DNA from: an uncultured Fimbriimonadaceae bacterium
GTDB taxonomy: Bacteria; Armatimonadota; Fimbriimonadia; Fimbriimonadales; Fimbriimonadaceae
Length of the DNA: 64,000 nucleotides
Direction of reading: 5' to 3'
Assembly (NCBI GenBank): GCA_964576205.1
Contig: CAZNUL010000011.1
Coordinates: 756-64,755, forward strand
In this document: positions 54,393-63,448 of the stretch, one piece after another
How the letters are laid out: each line of letters opens with the position of its first letter
Numbering within the stretch: the first letter of the stretch is position 1
The notes under the pieces: model-generated
What the model saw: the letters and a program-made list of their open reading frames with translations, nothing else
Told to the model about the DNA's origin: nothing
Databases searched by the model: none
Program-made: the position numbers and the translations under genes

Positions 54393-55250
54393 TTAGGCTG
54401 CCTTGTCCTTCACCGCCTTCTCCATTTCGGCGAATCCGGGCCGGACGCCCGGCTCGATGTTGCGGCGAGCGAACTCGACGCACGTGATCGGCGATTCGCC
54501 GCGGGCAAAGCTGAACAAGGCATATCGAATGCAGTTCAGATACTGCTCCTCCGACTTCAGCCGAAGTTCGATCGCCCGGGCGATAGGCCCGAAGACCCCA
54601 TAGGCGAGGAGGATTCCAAGAAAGGTTCCGACAAGGGCTGCGGCGACCGATTTACCGATCGACGAAGCTTCGCCACCGATTTCGCCCATCGTGATGATGA
54701 CTCCGAGGACAGCTGCGACGATACCAAATCCGGGCATCGCGTCGCCGACGGTCTGGAGCGCTTCGGCCGGAATCTTAGCTTCCTGATGGGCGATCTCGAG
54801 GTCCAACTCCATCATCTCAGAGAGATCGTGGGGACCGACCGCGCCGGTAAGGATCACCTTCATCGTGTCGCACAGGAAGGCGGACGCATGGTGATTGGCA
54901 AGGAAGGTCGTGTAATTCTTGATAATCTCACTCTTCTCGGGTTCCTCGATATGCTTTTCGAGCCCGAGAAGGCCCTCTTTGCGAGCGACGTTGAAGAGCT
55001 GGTACATCATCTTCAAGAGGTCGTTGTAAGCGGGCTTTGTGAAAGGGTCCGGTTTCAGGAGGCCGGTAACCGCCTTGATCGTTCCTTTGACGTTGCCCAT
55101 TCCGTTCGCGGCGAGGAATGAACCAATCGCGGCGCCGCCGAGGATGATGAGCTCGTTCGGTTGGATCAGCACCATGATGTTGCCATGGTGCATGAGGTAG
55201 CCGGCAGCGACCGCCCCCAACACCACAACGATGCCGATAATTACGAACAT
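54393..55250 (-). CDS. motA: Flagellar stator protein MotA
   Basis: Collinear with E. coli MotA as recalled (MFVIIGIVVVLGAVAAGYLMHHG, PGFGIVAAVLGV, GTFLGILLAYG). ATG 55250 has an upstream GGAGGGG. Confidence 0.85.
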   Translation of the reverse strand: MFVIIGIVVVLGAVAAGYLMHHGNIMVLIQPNELIILGGAAIGSFLAANGMGNVKGTIKAVTGLLKPDPFTKPAYNDLLKMMYQLFNVARKEGLLGLEKHIEEPEKSEIIKNYTTFLANHHASAFLCDTMKVILTGAVGPHDLSEMMELDLEIAHQEAKIPAEALQTVGDAMPGFGIVAAVLGVIITMGEIGGEASSIGKSVAAALVGTFLGILLAYGVFGPIARAIELRLKSEEQYLNCIRYALFSFARGESPITCVEFARRNIEPGVRPGFAEMEKAVKDKAA

Positions 55251-55409
55251 GCCGCCAGACCCCTCCAGCAAGCTTGTTCCACACTTGGCCGGTGAACTTG
55301 ACAGGTGATCGGTTGGTTTGTAGCTTGTCCCGCCGACGTCAAGAGGGAGGCATTGGGCCACGGAGCTGGCTCAAACCTCAGATCGCCATGTTCGATAGAG
55401 CGCGGGGGA

Positions 55410-55889
55410 TCAGGAGTCGAGCTCCGGCCAATCATCCTCAGGATTATCGGCATAGGCGTAGCTTTGGCTTACCTTCCGCGATGCCGATATTTGAGGGATT
55501 GCAGATGCCGGGTCCGGTCCGGGCGGGATGGTGCGTTGAGTCTTTCTCATCGCGCTAGGTCGAAGCTCCCGGCGCACTTTACGCATCTTGTTTCGCTTGA
55601 AAACGATCGGCTCGCGATCGTCGATCTCGTACATTGGAAGCTCGTCCGGGATCCCCGTCAGATTAGTGTCGTCGTCGACAATGTCGACTCCCTTAACGGC
55701 AAGCCACGAAACGGCGGCGCCCAAAATTGCGCCGAGGATTGCTCCGAGGAGCGCCCCCAACAAATCGACGGTTGCGCCCGCTAAGACTCCTACGATGCCG
55801 CCGCCGATTGCTCCCAAGATCCCGCCGATTTTGGCGTCAGTCATCGGGCTCGCTAGCTTCTGCAAGCTCCCAAGATTCTTGCTTACCAT
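55410..55889 (-). CDS. Hypothetical membrane protein with a glycine-zipper segment
   Basis: GGILGAIGGGIVGVLAGATVDLLGALLGAILGAILGAAV is followed by an acidic then basic tail. It lies upstream of motA on the same strand. Confidence 0.45.
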   Translation of the reverse strand: MVSKNLGSLQKLASPMTDAKIGGILGAIGGGIVGVLAGATVDLLGALLGAILGAILGAAVSWLAVKGVDIVDDDTNLTGIPDELPMYEIDDREPIVFKRNKMRKVRRELRPSAMRKTQRTIPPGPDPASAIPQISASRKVSQSYAYADNPEDDWPELDS

Positions 55890-56001
55890 CAGGTACCTCA
55901 CCTAAGAAGACCTTGGCCGGTTGAGATTTGTTCAGTTCCGGGCCAATTGGCACCGGGAGCCACCCAAGGTCCATCCGACGATGCCGTCAAACTAAGGCGA
56001 A

Positions 56002-57258
56002 GTGCGGTACGAAGTTGTGGTGGTAGGAGCTGGAGCAGCCGGAATCGTCGCCGCATGGCGCGCATCCAAGCTCGGCGCCAAGGTGCTCCTCCTGGAGAAA
56101 ACTCCGCGGATCGGGACGAAGATCCTGATTTCGGGCGGCGGTAAGTGCAACATCACCCACGATGGAGAGCTCGAGGACGTCCTCCGTGCCTTTCGCCCGA
56201 ACGAAGCCCGCTTCATTCGGCCGGCGTGCTACCGGTTCACGAACCGGCAAATCGTCGGGATGCTGACCTCGAGGGGCCTCGAGGTTTACACGAGGCCGGA
56301 TGGGCGGATATTCCCCGTCAAGCAGACTGCGAAAGATGTCGTCGCTATCCTGGATGGCTATCTGCGTGAGGCCGCCGTGGATGTCCGCCGCAGCTGCCCG
56401 GTCTTGGGACTTTCCCATGCGGCCAATCGATTGATCGGCGTCGAGATCGACGGTGAAAGCCTCGAATGCCGGCATGTGGTTCTGTCCGTCGGCGGCAGTT
56501 CTTATCCTGGAACCGGAACAACCGGCGACGGCTATCAGTGGGTAAAGGAACTTGGCCACACGCTCGTGAAGGTTCGGGCCGCCTTGGCCCCCATCTATCT
56601 CCATGTCGACGAAGCCTGGCCCGAAGAGCGGTCCGGTATCGCCCTCCGCGACGTCGTCCTGAAGGCCAAGCAGGGAAAAGAGGTCGCCCGCTGGAGGGGA
56701 GACCTCCTCTTCACCCATCACGGCGTTTCGGGCCCGACGGCTCTCGGGGTCAGCCGCGTGGTCGCCGAGAAGCTCTCCGGGGTCGACATCACCCTCGAAG
56801 TGGACCTCGCGCCCGACCGGTCGACAGAGGCGATTTGCGATGATCTGGATCAGTGGATTGGAGCGAATCCGAGAAAGAGCCCCGCTTCATTCTGCGGCGA
56901 ATTCGTTCCCCAGCGCCTCGCTAATTCCCTGGCCGAACCCATCGGTTTTCTCACGTCGGCCAATTCGGAAATCTCGAGGAAAGTTCGGAATCGAATGGTC
57001 GAAACCATTAAGTCTTGGCCGATCGGCCGAGTACGGGCGGTCCCGCTCGAAAAGGGAGAAGTCGTCGCGGGAGGAGTCGCCCTCGACGAGGTCGACCCAC
57101 ACACCATGCGATCGCTGAAGTGCGAGGGACTTTATCTTTGCGGAGAAATCCTCGATATCGCCGGACCGGTCGGAGGATATAACCTGCAGGCCGCTTTCGC
57201 GACTGGATTTGTGGCGGGCGAGACGGCGGCGTATGATGCCCTGGCAGCTCGGGCGTGA
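56002..57258 (+). CDS. HI0933/BaiN-like NAD(FAD)-utilising flavoprotein
   Basis: VVVVGAGAAGIVAA dinucleotide fold and ISGGGKCNITH, characteristic of the family. Confidence 0.8.
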   Translation: MRYEVVVVGAGAAGIVAAWRASKLGAKVLLLEKTPRIGTKILISGGGKCNITHDGELEDVLRAFRPNEARFIRPACYRFTNRQIVGMLTSRGLEVYTRPDGRIFPVKQTAKDVVAILDGYLREAAVDVRRSCPVLGLSHAANRLIGVEIDGESLECRHVVLSVGGSSYPGTGTTGDGYQWVKELGHTLVKVRAALAPIYLHVDEAWPEERSGIALRDVVLKAKQGKEVARWRGDLLFTHHGVSGPTALGVSRVVAEKLSGVDITLEVDLAPDRSTEAICDDLDQWIGANPRKSPASFCGEFVPQRLANSLAEPIGFLTSANSEISRKVRNRMVETIKSWPIGRVRAVPLEKGEVVAGGVALDEVDPHTMRSLKCEGLYLCGEILDIAGPVGGYNLQAAFATGFVAGETAAYDALAARA

Positions 57259-57352
57259 CCCAGCCGCAAGGCGGGAAAGTTCGACACATTCGCAAAAAAG
57301 GTGTACGATAGAGTAACTGGCTCCATGGATGGGCGCCGGTGAGGAGTTCAGG

Positions 57353-57859
57353 ATGAATCAAAGGCTAGTGAGCCTCGCGCTCGGTCTTCTCGGAACGTGC
57401 GCGATCGCTCTCCCTCAAGAGCCACCCGGCTGTACGGATCGGACAACGATCCGAAAGCACCTGCGGGTCCAATCTCAAGATTCCAAGACGCGCCGCCCGG
57501 CCGTGCTCGACCTGCGAAGAAAGAAGCACACGGCGACGAAGCGCGCGAAGACGCGCCAGGTCGAGCCCGCTCTGTTTCAGAATCCTATGGTCGCGACCCC
57601 GATCTATATGCCTCAGCCGGCGCCATCGACAGCCACGGCGATTACGGAAAGCCGCGGATTCCTGTATGTCGTAGTCGGCCAGAAGATTTACAAAGTCGAC
57701 GAGAAGACGATGAGGACGCTGCAGGTTTCCCAGCTTGGGAAATTGCCCGACAACTTGGCGAGTTCCGAGACCGACAAACGGCATAAGATTCTCGCAAGCA
57801 GCGAGGACGATCCACTTCGCAAGGCGTCGAGAAAGAAGCCAAGTCGAAGAGCGGACTAG
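57353..57859 (+). CDS. Hypothetical secreted basic protein
   Basis: GAGGAG RBS and signal peptide MNQRLVSLALGLLGTCAIA. No motif recognised. Confidence 0.4.
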   Translation: MNQRLVSLALGLLGTCAIALPQEPPGCTDRTTIRKHLRVQSQDSKTRRPAVLDLRRKKHTATKRAKTRQVEPALFQNPMVATPIYMPQPAPSTATAITESRGFLYVVVGQKIYKVDEKTMRTLQVSQLGKLPDNLASSETDKRHKILASSEDDPLRKASRKKPSRRAD

Positions 57860-57924
57860 GGTTAGCGAGGACGCAAACTCGACGCCGGTCGACCGCCGCG
57901 AATGCTGGATGCCTTACAATCAGT

Positions 57925-58731
57925 GTGAGCGGGGCTCAGATGCAGGGGGCGATCCCAAACGGTGGGCAGAGGACAATCGATCGCCTACTCGACGCAGCTA
58001 GAAACGGCGATTCCCATGCCGCGGACTCGCTGTTGGCCGGGTTCCGTCCCCTAATTGCCGGATATCTCCGTCCCAGAACTCGAACGAAGGACGATTGCGA
58101 CGATTTGACTCAGAACGTCTTTTTGCGCGCGGCGCGCAATCTGGGTTCGTTTCGCGGCGAATGCCCGTTCTCGCAGTGGCTCATCCGCATTGCTGCAAAT
58201 GAGCTGAAGAACTACTACGAGCGAACCGTGCCGGGCCTGGCGGCAACCGCATCTTTAGATTTTGATTGGGAAAATTCGTTGGGGCTGCAACAGTCGGATG
58301 TTGGTTCGGGTCCTTACTCGGAAGCGGAGGATCGGAGCCTCGTAGAGCATCTGATTTCGACCGCGAGACAGGTCTGTGGTAACGAAGAATCGGCAGTGTT
58401 GATCATGTTCTACCAAGGCGAGAGCTTCGAGGAAATCTCCGGGTTGCTGCAGCTCAAGGCAGCGACCGTTCGGAGTCACTTTCTTCGCGCACGCGGCAAG
58501 CTTCTGGCCCATTTAGTCGTCCATGATCCCTCCGTTCTAGGCGGCACGGAGGTGATCCGTAAGGCCGTCGAGACTGCCCATCGCGACGGCGCTATCGAAG
58601 AACGCGAAGCAAAGGCATTTTCGCGCTTCGATCCCAGATCCGAGTTCTGCCGGATGGCCTGCGTCAAAGTCGCCCGATACCTACCGATTCCGATCGCATT
58701 TCTGTTATTGGGAGGGCCATGGACGAACTGA
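57925..58731 (+). CDS. ECF-type RNA polymerase sigma factor with a ~70-aa C-terminal extension
   Basis: Region 2 (DDLTQNVFLRAARNLGSFRGECPFSQWLIRIAANE) and region 4 (ESFEEISGLLQLKAATVRSHFLRARGKL). The extra tail ends in a hydrophobic segment, YLPIPIAFLLLGGPW. The start could be the ATG at 57940. Confidence 0.8.
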   Translation: MSGAQMQGAIPNGGQRTIDRLLDAARNGDSHAADSLLAGFRPLIAGYLRPRTRTKDDCDDLTQNVFLRAARNLGSFRGECPFSQWLIRIAANELKNYYERTVPGLAATASLDFDWENSLGLQQSDVGSGPYSEAEDRSLVEHLISTARQVCGNEESAVLIMFYQGESFEEISGLLQLKAATVRSHFLRARGKLLAHLVVHDPSVLGGTEVIRKAVETAHRDGAIEEREAKAFSRFDPRSEFCRMACVKVARYLPIPIAFLLLGGPWTN

Positions 58732-59375
58732 CTCCGATCGAGCGTTCTTGGATGGAGGGCTTACGCGCCCCGCCGGCCCCGGCTTGTTTGGAGGCGGACG
58801 CGATGATCGAGCTCGCCGAGCGCGGCCGGCGCGCACACGACTACGACTCGCGCATGAAGCACATCGCCGTATGCCCGGTGTGCCGGTCGACACTTAAGCT
58901 TCTGCGCCAAACGGAGGCAATCCGACCGCGCGCCCGGCTAGTGCCGGAATGGATGACCGTTCGTATTTTCGTCGCGGTGGGCGCCGCAGCCGCCCTCGTG
59001 ATCGCCTGGTTTGGGTTCCATGGCAGTACCGGTCTGAACCGGAGCGCTCCAAATGTAGCGGTGCACCAAGTCGCGCCGAATCACGAACAACCGGGACCCA
59101 TTGCCCCGAGTGCGAAAGGTCCTCCGACAACGGTCGCCGACGATGGCAGCCACGAGTCCGAGAGGCCTCTCGTCCCAAGGCGACGGCCGACTCGCTTGGC
59201 GATGCGGCATCGGCCGCGACGGCCGAGCCACCGAGAGGGAGTCCCGCTCATCGGGGCCAATACGGACGCCCATGGAACCCTTGAGGGAACCGTCGGCGAC
59301 GCAGAGATTCTGGAAGGCCAGGTCGACCTGGGCGGAGGCGTCGTCGTCGGCGAAGTCAGGCCGCCGAAATCCTAA
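58719..59375 (+). CDS. Zinc-binding (HxxxCxxC) anti-sigma factor, single-pass membrane protein
   Basis: HIAVCPVC motif and one TM helix (VRIFVAVGAAAALVIAWFGF). The gene overlaps the sigma gene by 13 nt. Confidence 0.7.
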   Translation: MDELTPIERSWMEGLRAPPAPACLEADAMIELAERGRRAHDYDSRMKHIAVCPVCRSTLKLLRQTEAIRPRARLVPEWMTVRIFVAVGAAAALVIAWFGFHGSTGLNRSAPNVAVHQVAPNHEQPGPIAPSAKGPPTTVADDGSHESERPLVPRRRPTRLAMRHRPRRPSHREGVPLIGANTDAHGTLEGTVGDAEILEGQVDLGGGVVVGEVRPPKS

Positions 59376-59532
59376 GGGATCGTCATCCTGATGCGAATTC
59401 GGTGTTCTTGCTGCATAACGCTCAGGTTCAAGAACCGGGCATTTTGATCTTTTTTTCTGGTTTTCGCAACAGCTTTGGCACTGCCCGGGTCTTGCCCCTC
59501 CAGAACGCTCCCACAAGGGGCTGGAGGAAAAA

Positions 59533-61404
59533 TTGAAACGAACCGTATCAACCATCGCTTGTTTGCTGCTTGCCTGGCAGGCTTCTCTACCCATGGCCCT
59601 CCTCGGCCGCGGCGACGCGCCGCAAGGCTCAACCACGACCTACGTCCGAGACGACAAAGGAAACGTCACCTCGACTACCAAGGACGCTGACGGCAATACG
59701 ACCGGAACGTCGACCACGACTCGCGACCCAAAGACGGGCGACACGACGACCACAAGTAAGGACGCCGACGGCAACACGACGGACACTTCCACCGAGAAGT
59801 ACCAACCCAAGGAAACATCGAACGGGCCCGCCGACGGCAATCCCGCCGGCTCGACGACCACGACCACAAACAACAAGGACGGCTCCTACGAGTCGACCAC
59901 CAAGGACAAGAACGGCAACGTCATTCGCAGAGCCAAAGGCAAGAAGGACGCTCGCGGCAGGAAGATCTCCGAAAAGGTCAAGTACATCAACTGGAATGGC
60001 CGGGACAGTTCGATCGGCGGATACTCCGAGACCGAGTACGGTCCCGACGGCAAGCCAACCAAGCGGACGGAAGCCGGACCGGACGGGAAGGTAGTCAAGG
60101 AGATCACCTACACGTATAACTCAGACGGCACCGTTACCATTCAGGAGAAGGACGAGAATGGCAGGGCCCTCCCGCCCCGCACCGAGAAAGCCTCGATGCC
60201 GTCAAATGGCGCGGCTTCGGCGGACGGCAGCTTGATGGTTCAGGGCCTGGTACTTCCGAGCAGAGTGTGCGAGAAAGAAGCCTTCACATTCGCCGCGCAA
60301 GGCGCGGTCAACGGTGAGGTCGTTCAGATCGAAACCTTGAGCGGCGAGGTCGTCGCGGCCCATAAGGCCGACAACTATGGCCGGGTCATCATGGAAGCCG
60401 GTGCGCTCCTGGCGGGCGTCTACGAAGTCGTCAAAGGCTCGGGCCCTCACGCCAAGAACTGTGGCCAGTTGACGGTCGTACCCCGGCCAATAGGTTCACT
60501 CGCTCCGGTGCAGACCGAGATGGTGCCGATGAGCTTGGCGAGCTCGGCTCCGATCCGAATCGGTTCATCGTCCTCGTTAGCAGGCCATGGGTTCTGCCCG
60601 AACGCTTCTCAGATGAATGTCCAACTTGGCGATCAGAATGCGGTCGTTCTCGCCGCGACAAACAGGGAGCTCAAGCTGGCGCCGGTCTCGGCCATGCCGG
60701 GAATGCAGTCGATCAAGGTCTTAAACCTGGCCTCGGGACAAACTGCCTCCTCGCTGGCCATGTGCTATTCGCTCGCCGGCAAGCTCTCACAGGAGAGAGT
60801 TCCATCCGGGGCTCGAACCATGCTCATGGTCTCACTCGAACCGAAAAACCTCAAGGCCGATGTCTGTGCCTCGATCGCCTCGGGACCCGTGGACTTCGGA
60901 GCCGGACATCAGGTTTCGACCTCCCCGGTTCGTAACGGCATCGCCAGCTTTCCGCTCTACTCCCTTCCGGGAAGCGCGGGGCCATTCCAGGTTCAGTTCA
61001 ATCTGGTCAGCTTCGCTAACCAGGACGGCGGAAAGTCCACTTGGTCCAATCGTGAGGACGGATCGTCGGCACTGACCGAATACGACAAGGACGGCCACCT
61101 CGTTCACGAGGCAAAGTACGACAAGAATGGCAATCCGACGGACGACGCTAAGTGGGAATACGACAGCAGAGGCCGGATGAGGAAGAAAGTGAGCATTCAC
61201 TGGAATGCGGACGGCAGCACGACCTCGGAGACCAAGACCTGGGACGAGAAGAACCGCCCCACGAGTTCTTCCTCCGAAAGTCGCGACAGTGATGGCAGCC
61301 AGACCTCTGGGAGCAGGTCCTCGACCACTTACAGCGGCGACAACGACCGGACTGGAAGCACAACCAACGAGCAGTACGACCCCAAGTCAGGAGCTTGGAA
61401 GTAA
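59533..61404 (+). CDS. Secreted protein: Thr-rich YD-like repeats flanking an Ig-like (IPT/TIG-like) three-domain core
   Basis: TTG start with a GGAGGA RBS and a signal peptide. KDADGNTT repeats and YD-type segments (YTYNSDGTV, EYDKDGHLVHEAKYDKNGNP, WEYDSRGRM) are present. The core is collinear with the next gene. Confidence 0.6.
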   Translation: MKRTVSTIACLLLAWQASLPMALLGRGDAPQGSTTTYVRDDKGNVTSTTKDADGNTTGTSTTTRDPKTGDTTTTSKDADGNTTDTSTEKYQPKETSNGPADGNPAGSTTTTTNNKDGSYESTTKDKNGNVIRRAKGKKDARGRKISEKVKYINWNGRDSSIGGYSETEYGPDGKPTKRTEAGPDGKVVKEITYTYNSDGTVTIQEKDENGRALPPRTEKASMPSNGAASADGSLMVQGLVLPSRVCEKEAFTFAAQGAVNGEVVQIETLSGEVVAAHKADNYGRVIMEAGALLAGVYEVVKGSGPHAKNCGQLTVVPRPIGSLAPVQTEMVPMSLASSAPIRIGSSSSLAGHGFCPNASQMNVQLGDQNAVVLAATNRELKLAPVSAMPGMQSIKVLNLASGQTASSLAMCYSLAGKLSQERVPSGARTMLMVSLEPKNLKADVCASIASGPVDFGAGHQVSTSPVRNGIASFPLYSLPGSAGPFQVQFNLVSFANQDGGKSTWSNREDGSSALTEYDKDGHLVHEAKYDKNGNPTDDAKWEYDSRGRMRKKVSIHWNADGSTTSETKTWDEKNRPTSSSSESRDSDGSQTSGSRSSTTYSGDNDRTGSTTNEQYDPKSGAWK

Positions 61405-61587
61405 CCGGCGGATTCCAGGAAGCGGGCGCGCGACTCTGACCGGGTCACGCGCCGCTTCGAATGCCGAGCAAGTCGGGCGGCTTTCGACCTGTCTAGTAAC
61501 CCATGAAGTACCCAAGGAGTGCCCGAAGCGTTAGAATGCTAGCAACATTCGCAAGGGACTTCTCGCTGAAAGAGCAAAGAGATCGAG

Positions 61588-62484
61588 ATGAGAACAATTA
61601 GCTTTTTGACGGCCGGCCTGTTGATTGCTCAGCAGTTGGCCCTTCCAATGGCCCTCGCCGCGCAAGGCGATAAGACCAAGAACAAACCTGTCGCGCTTCT
61701 CGCCCCTTCCGAGGTGGCTGCGAAGGAGCCTTTTACCTTTGCGGTGGGAGGAACGGTCGAAGGCGAGGTCAGCTCCGATAACGTCGTCGAGGGCGAAGTG
61801 ATTTCGGTTGCAACCGTTGATGGCGAAGTGGTCGAGCACAAGAAGGCCGACAAGTACGGCCGGGTCTTTCTGGCAGCCGGATTGGCGGCAGGCACCTACT
61901 TGGTGTCGCGGGCTAACGGAGCGAAATGCGGCGGCCAAATCATCGTCAAGCAGACCCGAGAACTGCTGGCCGGAGCGCACCTCGGCATCACTGATCCACC
62001 CAATCTCTGCAACGTGCAGAAGGGACTTGGACTCAAGGGTCAGGGATTCAATCCTAACACGGGCCAGATGACGATCACGATCGGGAACAAACAGATTCCC
62101 GTACTTGCGGGAACGGCATCGGAATTACGGACCGGGGTTCTTCCACCGGCACTATGCGGACGTGGCCCGGTCATCGTGAAGAACGCGGAGTCGGGAGAAA
62201 CAGACCGGATCGAAAGCCTGACTGTCTTCAGCCTCAAAGCGAAGCTGGGAAGGCAGAAGCTCGTCAGCGGAGAGCAAACCATCCTCGAGTTCACGTTCCT
62301 ACCGGCCGATCTTTCGGCGACTGTGAGCGTTCGCATCCTGAGCGGTCCCGTCAAGTTCGTCGGCGGCGGTTCCGAGAAATCCGTGAAGGTAGAGCACGGA
62401 AAGGCGACCGTACCGCTGGTCGCCGATCCGGCCGGGTTTGGCTCGTTCCGGGTTGCATACGACCTCGAGAAGGTGGGGGACTAG
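61588..62484 (+). CDS. Secreted paralog of the core of the preceding protein
   Basis: Signal peptide. Shared blocks include KADKYGRV vs KADNYGRV, GQGFNPNTGQMTITIGNKQIPVLAGTASEL vs GHGFCPNASQMNVQLGDQNAVVLAATNREL, and LSGPVKF vs ASGPVDF. Confidence 0.6.
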   Translation: MRTISFLTAGLLIAQQLALPMALAAQGDKTKNKPVALLAPSEVAAKEPFTFAVGGTVEGEVSSDNVVEGEVISVATVDGEVVEHKKADKYGRVFLAAGLAAGTYLVSRANGAKCGGQIIVKQTRELLAGAHLGITDPPNLCNVQKGLGLKGQGFNPNTGQMTITIGNKQIPVLAGTASELRTGVLPPALCGRGPVIVKNAESGETDRIESLTVFSLKAKLGRQKLVSGEQTILEFTFLPADLSATVSVRILSGPVKFVGGGSEKSVKVEHGKATVPLVADPAGFGSFRVAYDLEKVGD

Positions 62485-62531
62485 TTTCGAATCGACCTGC
62501 CTCCCGGACAATACGCTAGACTTGAACCTGC

Positions 62532-62619
62532 GGAGAGGTGGCAGAGTGGTCTATTGCACCTGTCTTGAAAACAGGAGGCCGGCAACGGCCCAGGAGTTCG
62601 AATCTCCTCCTCTCCTCCA
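62532..62619 (+). tRNA. tRNA-Ser (anticodon TGA), long variable arm, CCA encoded
   Basis: Hand-folded: acceptor GGAGAGG/CCTCTCC, anticodon stem CCTGT/ACAGG with loop CTTGAAA, a long variable arm within GAGGCCGGCAACGGCCC (stem GGCC/GGCC around a GCAAC loop), and T-arm AGGAG-TTCGAAT-CTCCT. Confidence 0.9.
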
Positions 62620-62667
62620 CGGCCACTGCTCTATCACCGCCGTCCGCCCTCCGGTATCCTCAGCGGC

Positions 62668-63444
62668 ATGGATTTCGGCCTCAATGGCAAGGTAGCGATG
62701 GTCGCGGCGGCAAGCAAAGGAATCGGGTTGGCCGCAGCTCAGGCTCTCGCGGCCGAGGGCTGCAAGCTCTCGATATGCGCGCGCAACGAGCAGACCCTCG
62801 AAGAAGCCGCAAGCCAGATTGGCGAGGACACGATGACTTACGTCGTAGACGTCGCCGACGTGGATGACCTAGCCTGGTGGGTGGAAAGCACAAGAAACGA
62901 CCTCGGAAAGATCGACATCCTCGTCACCAATACGGGAGGCCCGCCCGCCGGATCGGTCTGGGAAATGACCGACGATCAATGGAAGAACGGCGTGGACACC
63001 ACACTCCTGAACATTATCCGCCTCGTGCGAAATACCCAAGAAAGCATGCGTGAGTCGGGATGGGGCCGGATCGTCCACGTTACGAGCTATGTAGCGAAGG
63101 AGCCGAATCTTATCCTGCCGATTTCCTCCACGCTCAGGGCCGGCATCGTCGCTCTCACCAAGGTACAGGCCAAAGAGCTCGCGCCGTACGGGATCACCGT
63201 CAACGGCGTCCTGCCCGGAAATACCCTCACCGACCGGCAGCGTCATCTTGCTCGGATCAAGGCCGAGAAAGAGGGAATCACGGAGGACGAGGCGTTGGTC
63301 AAAATCGCTGAAGGCCATCCGATGAAGCGGCTGGCGTCTCCGAAAGAGATCGGCGATGTGATCGCTTTTCTCTGCTCCGACCAAGCCAGCTTCCTGTCCG
63401 GACAGAGCATCTCGGTCGATGGAAGTGCGACTGCCGGCATTTAG
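62668..63444 (+). CDS. Short-chain dehydrogenase/reductase (SDR) family oxidoreductase
   Basis: The cofactor motif VAAASKGIG is a TGxxxGIG variant. Length and C-terminal pattern are typical of FabG-like SDRs. Confidence 0.8.
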   Translation: MDFGLNGKVAMVAAASKGIGLAAAQALAAEGCKLSICARNEQTLEEAASQIGEDTMTYVVDVADVDDLAWWVESTRNDLGKIDILVTNTGGPPAGSVWEMTDDQWKNGVDTTLLNIIRLVRNTQESMRESGWGRIVHVTSYVAKEPNLILPISSTLRAGIVALTKVQAKELAPYGITVNGVLPGNTLTDRQRHLARIKAEKEGITEDEALVKIAEGHPMKRLASPKEIGDVIAFLCSDQASFLSGQSISVDGSATAGI

Positions 63445-63448
63445 CCGT

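Noticed and set aside
53439-55250. MotA/MotB pair as the ZorA/ZorB core of a Zorya-type defence system.
   Set aside because: The MotA homologue is of normal stator length (285 aa) and collinear with E. coli MotA, and lacks the long ZorA tail. No ZorC/D/E-like helicase or nuclease genes are adjacent.
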